Below, one piece after another: positions 43,631 to 50,033 of a DNA stretch of 50,033 bases. Where the stretch lies: NCBI GenBank assembly GCA_038326215.1, contig JBBQJU010000001.1:1-50033 (forward strand), written 5' to 3'. Position numbers and translations under genes: made by a program. Numbering within the stretch: position 1 is the stretch's first letter; each line of letters begins with the position of its first letter. The notes beneath the pieces are model-generated. The model was not told the origin of the DNA and did not search any database. It worked only from the letters and a program-made list of their open reading frames with translations. This DNA comes from Gemmatimonadales bacterium (GTDB lineage: Bacteria; Gemmatimonadota; Gemmatimonadetes; Gemmatimonadales; GWC2-71-9).

Positions 43631-45367
43631 CTAGGCGACGGTATTCCGGCCGGCCGACTTGGCCAGATACAGCGCGCGATCAGCCTGTTCCAACAGCGGT
43701 CCTTCATTCGGATGCGCCGGATCGTACTCGGCGACGCCCACGCTGGCAGTGATCTGCCCGGCGAGGAAGCCCAGCCGCCGACCCGACTGCTCGATCCGGT
43801 CCCGCAACGCATCAGCGACTCGCAGCGCCCCCGCCCGTTCGGTCCGCGTCAGCAGCACCACGAACTCATCGCCGCCATACCGCGCCGCCAGATCGGTCGC
43901 CCGGATCGTCTTCCGGATCTCGTCCGCCACACTCCGGAGCACCGTGTTGCCGCGCTCGTGTCCGAAGCGATCGTTCAGCTCCTTGAGTCGATCGAGATCG
44001 ATGAAGAGCACCGCGAAGGAATCGCCACTCCGCTTGCTCCGCTCCATCTCGTGCGACAACCGCTGCTGCAACGAGCGATAGCTCGCCAATCCCGTCAGGG
44101 CATCCGTGCTCGCGTCGCGCGACGCATCCTCGGCCCGCTTCGACAACCACGGCACACACTGCCGCAGCGAGGCGCGGCCCAATGCCGCCGCCTGGGCGAA
44201 GCGATGACAGGAGGGATATCCACAGGCCCGGCAATCCCACGCCTTCCCGTTCGGTCCCGTCCCGATCGCCTCGAGAATCGTCAACACCGCCGCCGGCTCG
44301 GCTTGCTCCCGCCGATGCCCGAAGGCGAAGGCCGCCCCCACCTGCACATCCGGCTGGTCCGGCACCACCGGCTGCCGACTCCGCGGCGGCTCGTACTGCT
44401 GGACCAGCATCCGCCGCCGGAACAGTTCGTCCTTCGGGCCCGCCGCCGGATGCCCAAGCGCCCCGGGATGCGACAGAAAATCGACGAAGCCGAGGTCGAT
44501 CCGATCGTGCCCCACCGCCCGCGACAACGCCGGCAGATTCTCCAGCCCCCGGACCGCCAGCAGCCGTCGCCCACGCGACGAGCCACTCACCACCATCTCC
44601 AGCGGAAGACCCCCGGCCACCGACATGTGCCGTCGGGTCTCGGGCGGAACCCGGGAATGGGTCCGTGGAAGCGTTTCCGGTCGGACCTCCCGCAAGGCAA
44701 AGAGCTGCTCGAGGTCCGCAAAGGAGAGCAGGGCGTCGAGCTCCTGGACCGTGCCGCCAGGGGCACTCACCCCGGCATACACCACCGGGAGGGAATCCCC
44801 ATGCATCCGACGCAGGAATCGCGCCTCGGCTACGCAGGGGTAGGTCACGGGGGCCAGATAGGGAACAAGTTCGGGATAGTGGGCCGTAATCGCTGCGACG
44901 GCGACCGGATCGGTACTCCGAATGAGGGTCCCCCAGTCGGGATCCTCCCACAACTTGAGGTATTGCTGCGCCACCAGCTCGTCGCCGATCACCCCACGGG
45001 ACACCAGCCGGAATCCCGCCTCATAACAGGCGTTGACCAACTGTTCTGGCGAGGCCGGGTGAAAGTGAACCACCGCCTCGGGGGCCAGAATCAGCGCCCC
45101 ATTGCCGCCTTCGGCAATCGCAAGCGCTCGATCCACCGCTCCTGAGGCCGAGATCGCCTGATGGGGGCAGGCGGGGATGCATTCGCCGCAGGAGATGCAG
45201 TTTTCGTCGACAATTTCCACCACGCGCGCCTCGGGCGGGAGGGCAATGGCATCGGTCGGGCAGGCGCGAACGCAGGCCAGACAAGCGACGCAACGCGAGG
45301 GGTCAATGGCGAGCTGCAAGGGCGCTCTGGGGAGGAGGTGGGTCCGGCGCTCCCTGCAAGTTGGCAA
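43631..45367 (-). CDS. Diguanylate cyclase (GGDEF) fused to 2x[4Fe-4S] ferredoxin, degenerate [FeFe]-hydrogenase-like domain and 4-Cys Fe-S module
   Basis: ORF 43631..45367(-). Motifs: CVACLACVRACP, CISCGECIPACP, a hydrogenase-large-subunit-like core without H-cluster cysteines, WDCRACGYPSCHRFAQA...C, and a GGDEF domain (RYGGDEFVVL) with an RATD I-site. The track start is TTG 45367. The alternative TTG 45319 would give MQLAIDPSRCVAC. Confidence 0.85.
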   Translation of the reverse strand: MPTCRERRTHLLPRAPLQLAIDPSRCVACLACVRACPTDAIALPPEARVVEIVDENCISCGECIPACPHQAISASGAVDRALAIAEGGNGALILAPEAVVHFHPASPEQLVNACYEAGFRLVSRGVIGDELVAQQYLKLWEDPDWGTLIRSTDPVAVAAITAHYPELVPYLAPVTYPCVAEARFLRRMHGDSLPVVYAGVSAPGGTVQELDALLSFADLEQLFALREVRPETLPRTHSRVPPETRRHMSVAGGLPLEMVVSGSSRGRRLLAVRGLENLPALSRAVGHDRIDLGFVDFLSHPGALGHPAAGPKDELFRRRMLVQQYEPPRSRQPVVPDQPDVQVGAAFAFGHRREQAEPAAVLTILEAIGTGPNGKAWDCRACGYPSCHRFAQAAALGRASLRQCVPWLSKRAEDASRDASTDALTGLASYRSLQQRLSHEMERSKRSGDSFAVLFIDLDRLKELNDRFGHERGNTVLRSVADEIRKTIRATDLAARYGGDEFVVLLTRTERAGALRVADALRDRIEQSGRRLGFLAGQITASVGVAEYDPAHPNEGPLLEQADRALYLAKSAGRNTVA

Positions 45368-45422
45368 GGCCCATGAGAAGTGTCAAGAGGTGAGGGGGTC
45401 CAAAGGTTTGAAATGGCAGGAC

Positions 45423-46997
45423 TTAGACGATATCGAACTCCTTCAATTTCCGGTACAGCGTCCGCTCGCCGATCCCCAGAACCTGGGCGGCCTTCCGCCG
45501 ATTGCCTCGGAATTCTTCGAGAACCGCCAGAATCGTCGCCTTTTCCACCTCTGCCATGGTCATCCCGGGCCGGTAGAGCACCTGGCTCTCAGGCACTGGC
45601 TCGTCCACCTCAGGATCGATGGGCCCAATCGCTCCAATGGCCTCAATCCCTCCGACCGTCACCGGCGGCATGAATGGAATTGCGACAGCATGCGGTTCCG
45701 ACACCTCGATGAGCTGCACGGGAGTGTGGCGATCCTCCAGACGGCGCCGCAGCTCCTCGACCTGCATCCGCAACTCCATCAACGAGCGCAGGATGAACTC
45801 GAACTCGGCACCGCCGACCGCCAGCCCGCCGGTGTCGCGGGTGCCGACCACCGGCATTCGCATCGGGAGGACGCCCACCGCGCCGTCATTGATGTCCGAC
45901 GGAATGTCGCTGGCGCGGATTTCATTCCCCGGCGCCAGCACCACCATCGACTCGACCAGGTTCCGCAATTGTCGCACGTTACCGGGCCACGGCGCGTTCA
46001 CCAGCCGCTGCATCGCCTCGCTGCTGATCCCCGGAAAGGGGCGATCATGCTGCGCGGTGAACTCCTTCACGAAGCGCTTGACGAGCAGCGGGATGTCACT
46101 GCTCCGCTCGCGCAAGGGTGGGAGGTAGATCGAGAGGACGTTGAGTCGGTAGTAGAGATCGTCGCGGAAGGCGCCGTTGGCGACCTGATCCTTGAGCGCA
46201 CGATTCGTCGCCGCGACGACGCGCACGTCGACCTTGATCGGCGCGACACCACCCAAGCGGAAGAACGACCTGGTCTCGAGCACGCGCAGCAGCTTCACCT
46301 GCACGCTCGGCGGAATCTCGCCGATTTCATCGAGGAAGATGGTCCCCGTGTCGGCCAGTTCGAAGCGACCGAGACGACGCTCCGCCGCGCCAGTGAAGGC
46401 GCCCTTCTCGTGGCCGAACAGTTCGCTCTCGAGCAGCATCTCGGGCAGCGCCGCGCAATTGATCGCGATGAATGGCCGCCCGCGGCGCGGCGAGAGATCG
46501 TGGATCGCCTTCGCAACCAGTTCCTTGCCGGTGCCCGACTCCCCCTGAATGAGGACCGTGCTCGACACCGGGGCCATCTGCTCGATCTTGACCAGCACCT
46601 CGTGCACCGGCGGCGAGTCGCCGAAGATGCCGGTGCGGCGCTGCAAGGCGTGCCGCTCGACCATCCGGCGCACCGTCGCGACGAGATCATCACTGGCCAG
46701 CGGCTTGGTCACGATTTCGGTGGCGCCGAGGCGTTCGCCGCGCTCGCGATCGCCAGGCTCGAGCAGCAGTAGCACGGCCGTTTCATGGTCGCGTGCGTAA
46801 CTCGCCAGCGCGGCAATGCTCGGCTCGTGCACCGCGCCGGTAATCACCAGCAGGTCGGGATGTTCGCGACGGATCGCCGCGCGCGCCTCGTCAGCGGTGA
46901 CGGCCACGGCGCTCGCCATGCCCGCGTTCTCGAGCGCGCGATCGAGCGGGACGGCGATCTCGAGATCGGCGAGCGTGATGACGACCTGGGCGGCCAT
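45423..46997 (-). CDS. Sigma54-dependent transcriptional activator (bEBP) with degenerate receiver domain and Fis-type HTH
   Basis: ORF 45423..46997(-), ATG start. Motifs: GESGTGKE (Walker A), GAFTGA loop (EKGAFTGA), IFLDEIG (Walker B), WPGNVRQL, C-terminal AAQVLGIGERTLYRKLKEF. Confidence 0.9.
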   Translation of the reverse strand: MAAQVVITLADLEIAVPLDRALENAGMASAVAVTADEARAAIRREHPDLLVITGAVHEPSIAALASYARDHETAVLLLLEPGDRERGERLGATEIVTKPLASDDLVATVRRMVERHALQRRTGIFGDSPPVHEVLVKIEQMAPVSSTVLIQGESGTGKELVAKAIHDLSPRRGRPFIAINCAALPEMLLESELFGHEKGAFTGAAERRLGRFELADTGTIFLDEIGEIPPSVQVKLLRVLETRSFFRLGGVAPIKVDVRVVAATNRALKDQVANGAFRDDLYYRLNVLSIYLPPLRERSSDIPLLVKRFVKEFTAQHDRPFPGISSEAMQRLVNAPWPGNVRQLRNLVESMVVLAPGNEIRASDIPSDINDGAVGVLPMRMPVVGTRDTGGLAVGGAEFEFILRSLMELRMQVEELRRRLEDRHTPVQLIEVSEPHAVAIPFMPPVTVGGIEAIGAIGPIDPEVDEPVPESQVLYRPGMTMAEVEKATILAVLEEFRGNRRKAAQVLGIGERTLYRKLKEFDIV

Positions 46998-46999
46998 GG

Positions 47000-47482
47000 T
47001 CAGTGCGCCGTGTCGCCGTGCAGTTGACGCACGGCGTGATGAAGGATCGGCAGCAGCGCGGCGAGGCCGTCGCGCACGCCACCCGGGGACCCGGGAAGAT
47101 TGACGATCAGTGTCGCACCGCGTGCGCCAGCGACGCCACGCGAGAGGATCGACGTCGGTACCGCCGCCTGTCCTGCACGCCGCAACGCCTCGGCGATGCC
47201 CGGCGCCTCGCGATCGAGCACCGCGCGGGTGGCCTCGGGGGTCACATCACGCGGCGCGAGCCCGGTGCCCCCAGTGGTGAGGATCACATCCACGGCACCA
47301 CCATCGGACCAGGTCAGCAGTTGCGTCGAGATCTGATCGGCCTCGTCGGGCACCAGGGCGCGCGCGGCCAACGAGAGCTGATGCTCATCGATCCACTCGA
47401 CGACCACCGCGCCGGAGCGGTCCTCGCGTTCACCACGCGCTGCGGCATCGGAGATCGTCAACACGGCGACACGCATGCTCAC
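47000..47482 (-). CDS. mog: MogA/MoaB-family molybdopterin adenylyltransferase
   Basis: ORF 47000..47482(-). TISDAAARGEREDRSG, LTTGGTGLAPRDVTPEAT, DREAPGIAEALR, VPTSILSRGVAG and NLPGSPGG track E. coli MogA closely. The start is GTG 47482 or ATG 47476. Confidence 0.85.
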   Translation of the reverse strand: MSMRVAVLTISDAAARGEREDRSGAVVVEWIDEHQLSLAARALVPDEADQISTQLLTWSDGGAVDVILTTGGTGLAPRDVTPEATRAVLDREAPGIAEALRRAGQAAVPTSILSRGVAGARGATLIVNLPGSPGGVRDGLAALLPILHHAVRQLHGDTAH

Positions 47483-48480
47483 GCTTCGGGGGCCAGCGGT
47501 GGCGTGCTGCGCGACACGAACGGACGGCGCACCACGTCGGCGGTCCAGCTCTGGCCATCCGCCTCGATCACCAGCGAGGTGCCCACGGCCTCGGTCGACG
47601 TCGGCAGCGCGGTCATGCCGATGATCCCGACACGCGGTGACCGTGCGATCGAGCGGACGCGATCGACCAGATGTCCACCGACCCGCACCGCGGCGCCGAT
47701 CGGCGGCATTTCATCGCCGGCGACGGTGAAGCCGGCAATCCGCTTCATCGCACCGGTCCGGCGCCGCGCCGCGAGTGCGGTCTCGCCCGGAAAGGGGGCG
47801 CCCTTCCCCTCGGCAACGAGCGACTCGAGTCCCGCTTCCATCGGCGTATCCTCGGCGTCGATTTCCTGACCGACGCGCGCCGTGCCCCACTCGTCGCGGA
47901 AGAGCTGCCATGCCGCCTCCTCGACCGGCACGACGGCCGCGCCGAGCAGCGCCGACTCGAGCGACGCACGGTCGCGCTGGCGGCAGAAGAAGTCGAAGCC
48001 CTCGGGGCCGTCGAGCGTCGCGCGCGCCGCGAAGAGATCGACGCCGGCAAGGCGTGCGCCGACGACATCGCCGCCCTCGGTTGGCATCGGTTCCAGCAGG
48101 CGCGAGAGTCGCACGGCCGACGCGGGACCGCGCACGGTGATCACGCAGACATCATCCGAGATGTCGCGCATGCGGACGGTGCCACGCTTCCGGGCGACGA
48201 GATACTCCCAGGCGGCCTCCTTTTGCGCGGCATCGACCAGCAGCATCAACTGGTCGGGGAAGCGATAGATCGTCACGCGGCCGAGAATCGTGGCATCGTC
48301 GCGGAGCAGCAGCGCGTGCACGAAACGGCCCGGCGGGAGCTTGGTGATGTCGGCCGTGGTGAGACGGTTGACGAGGGCGTGGGCATCGGCGCCGGTCAGT
48401 TCGAACTGACCAAGGCCCGGGGCGGTCCACGAGGCGGCGCCTGCCGTGAGGGCGCGGTACTGCGTGAGGAGATCGGTCAT
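47479..48480 (-). CDS. GcvT-family (aminomethyltransferase-like) folate-binding protein
   Basis: ORF 47479..48606(-), start at ATG 48480 (MTDLLTQY...). FELTGADAHALVNRLTTADI, GPEGFDFFC and EAGLESLV...KGAPFPGE follow the GcvT/YgfZ pattern. ATGA overlap with the argF stop. Confidence 0.7.
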   Translation of the reverse strand: MTDLLTQYRALTAGAASWTAPGLGQFELTGADAHALVNRLTTADITKLPPGRFVHALLLRDDATILGRVTIYRFPDQLMLLVDAAQKEAAWEYLVARKRGTVRMRDISDDVCVITVRGPASAVRLSRLLEPMPTEGGDVVGARLAGVDLFAARATLDGPEGFDFFCRQRDRASLESALLGAAVVPVEEAAWQLFRDEWGTARVGQEIDAEDTPMEAGLESLVAEGKGAPFPGETALAARRRTGAMKRIAGFTVAGDEMPPIGAAVRVGGHLVDRVRSIARSPRVGIIGMTALPTSTEAVGTSLVIEADGQSWTADVVRRPFVSRSTPPLAPEA

Positions 48481-49376
48481 GGGAAGAGCATCGCGAGTAG
48501 GGCCTTCTGGGCGTGGAGTCGATTCTCGGCTTGATCCCAGACGCGCGACTGGGGCCCTTCGAGCACACCGTCGCTGATCTCCTCGCCGCGATGCGCGGGA
48601 AGGCAATGCAGGACAATGGCGGATGGATCGGCTTGGGCCACCAGTGCCTCATCGACGATGTAGCCCTTGAAGGCCTGCTTCCGCAGGGCCATCTCGGCTT
48701 CCTGCCCCATCGAGACCCAGACATCGGTGTTGATCACGTGGGCGCCCGCGACGGCTTCATCGGGGTCCTCGGTGATCATGATCTTCGTGCGGGTGCGGTT
48801 GGCGTCGTAGATCGCCTTGTCGGGCTCATAGCCCTCGGGGCAGGCGATCCGCAGCTCGAAGCCGAGGAGGCCGGCAGCCTCGATCCAGGAGTTGGCCATG
48901 TTGCAGCCATCGCCCACCCAGGCGACCACTTTGCCGTCGAGCGAGCCAATGGCCTCGTCGATGGTGAGCAGGTCGGCGAGGAGTTGTCAGGGGTGCAGCA
49001 GGTCGGTCAGGCCGTTGATGACGGGGACGGCCGACCAGGCGGCGAGCTCCTCGACGTCGGCATGGGCGAAGGTCCGGATCATCATCCCGTCGACGAAGCG
49101 GGAAAGGACGCGGGCCATGTCCTTCAGCGGCTCACCGCGGCCGAGCTGGATGTCGCGGGCGGAGAGGAAGATCGCGTGTCCGCCAAGCTGGCGGGTCCCG
49201 ACCTCGAAGGAGACGCGGGTGCGGGTCGAGCTCTTGGCGAAGATCAGGCCGATATGCTTGTCGGCGAGCGGCTTGTCGTGGTATTCCCCGCGCTTCATCG
49301 CGCGCGCGGTGTCGAGCAGGGTCCGGAGCTCGGCGCGGGTGATGTCGGCAAAGGAGAGGAAGTGACGAGGCGACAT
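48477..49376 (-). pseudogene. argF: Ornithine carbamoyltransferase interrupted by a single in-frame TGA (48987-48989)
   Basis: Track ORFs 48987..49376 (N-half: [23 protein letters not shown]) and 48477..48929 (C-half: VAWVGDGCNMANS, HCLPAHRGEE) are in the same frame. Direct reading across the gap gives ...[40 protein letters not shown]..., so the stop sits where the HPCQ Cys codon is expected. Confidence 0.8.
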
Positions 49377-49519
49377 GATCCACTCGTTCTGGGGAAAGCG
49401 GCCAGAATGGCAGAGTGGAGTCTACCCCCGGGGGTAGGGGTGGGGGAAGCGGTGGCGGTGTGAGCCGCGGCCGTCAGGCCAGGGGGAAATTCACTAACCC
49501 CTACCCTCGGGTATCGCGG

Positions 49520-50033
49520 TCACGGTAGTCTCGCCAGGCGAATTACCTCCGACCCTCCCCATCCGCTCGGGAGGTCGCGGATCAGGACATCCTTTCCGAC
49601 CACATCGAGCACGGTCATGCTACGGCGCGTGACGAACTCGACGATCGGTCCTCCGACCGGCGGGATGAGGACCCACCGCCGCGCGACCGAACTGACCGGC
49701 TCGACTGACTCGCCGGTCCGGCGACCTATGAGTCGGCCATCGGTCGCGAGCGTGGCATAGAGCAACGGCGGATAGGCTGGAGGGAATTGGAGTCCCTTGG
49801 TGATCGCAGCGCGCATCTCCGATGACGGAATGCCCGCCCGTTCTCCTGCCTCGTTCCATTGCTTCACGTGTCGCTCTCGCTCTCCTGGTGGAAAGGGTAT
49901 CGCAGGAAACTCGACGGTCCGGGCCGCGAAGGTCGGCCGGCCACAGGCGTCGAGGCGGGTCACCTGGAAGCGGACGCTCTGCGCAGTGATCTGAGGCTTC
50001 GAGACGATCGCGACATCGCCACGAACCACATCC
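49520..50033 (-). CDS. Hypothetical protein, C-terminal part (N-terminus off the right edge)
   Basis: ORF 49520..50029(-). The reading frame stays open to the window end, and the 'M' in the track is an internal GTG. I recognise no family. Confidence 0.4.
   Translation of the reverse strand, partial: DVVRGDVAIVSKPQITAQSVRFQVTRLDACGRPTFAARTVEFPAIPFPPGERERHVKQWNEAGERAGIPSSEMRAAITKGLQFPPAYPPLLYATLATDGRLIGRRTGESVEPVSSVARRWVLIPPVGGPIVEFVTRRSMTVLDVVGKDVLIRDLPSGWGGSEVIRLARLP

Noticed and set aside
45368-45422. Sigma54 promoter between the bEBP and the GGDEF gene.
   Set aside because: No GG-N10-GC arrangement fits. TGGGCCTTGCCAACTTGCA has 3 nt too many. The only notable signal is a perfect TTGACA (minus strand; plus-strand tgtcaa at 45381-45386) with a poor -10 (CAACTT). 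This is too weak to annotate.
48954-48989. Selenocysteine insertion at the argF TGA, with the downstream hairpin as a bSECIS.
   Set aside because: The stem is only 4+3 bp with a mismatch and has no recognisable apical-loop features. The replaced Cys is not a redox residue. No sel genes are visible. I keep it only as a minor alternative inside the argF finding.
49483-49500. ARG box (ArgR operator) upstream of argF, suggested by TGAATTT on the minus strand.
   Set aside because: There is only one half-site-like hexamer with no 18-bp palindrome or tandem boxes. The nearby perfect palindrome ctacccccgggggtag (49422-49437) is GC-rich. It is more likely a terminator-like hairpin for the upstream gene.

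Overview
The window is 50 kb of very GC-rich bacterial chromosome. Individual 60-nt lines I counted are about 68-75% G+C. It is densely packed with about 50 genes, roughly 80% on the minus strand. Gene content suggests a Gemmatimonadota/FCB-like organism (type III glutamine synthetase, DUF2911, DUF4139, beta-propeller lipoproteins, signal peptides ending A-x-A|Q); this is inference only. Many of the long ORFs in the supplied track are antisense or off-frame shadows typical of high-GC DNA. I chose frames by protein signatures, third-position GC and stop/start coupling.

Layout:
- 1-6.7 kb: gcdH, SprT-like, metallophosphoesterase, DUF4139, zinc-ribbon protein, NAD-IDH, lipoprotein, SDR.
- 6.8-11.2 kb: cstA-ybdD convergent with glnN.
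- 11.4-17.1 kb: a tightly coupled operon (OMP, Tat-ferredoxin, cupin, NDP-sugar transferase, acidic protein, MFS).
- 17.2-20.2 kb: ATP synthase F0 plus delta genes only.
- 20.5 kb: moxR.
- 21.5-33.7 kb: an accessory-looking block bracketed by two near-identical direct copies of a yceI segment.
- 34.8 kb: hicAB.
- 35.3-37.6 kb: phosphodiesterase and a photolyase-like protein.
- 37.7-47 kb: a signalling neighbourhood.
- 47-49.4 kb: mog, a gcvT-like gene and argF.

Most interesting points:
1. A diguanylate cyclase fused to ferredoxin, a cysteine-less [FeFe]-hydrogenase-like domain and a 4-Cys Fe-S module. It sits between a pseudo-receiver sigma54 activator and an unknown two-domain protein plus an HD-GYP phosphodiesterase.
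2. A roughly 3 kb low-GC patch whose left boundary lies inside a SARP/STAND regulator ORF.
3. A family of palindromes built from tandem heptamers (GCGAACN / GGTGAAC) at three loci.
4. An in-frame TGA in argF exactly at the Cys codon of the HPCQ motif.
5. A 649-bp segmental duplication with a gene relic.

I found no rRNA, tRNA, CRISPR array, transposase or integrase.
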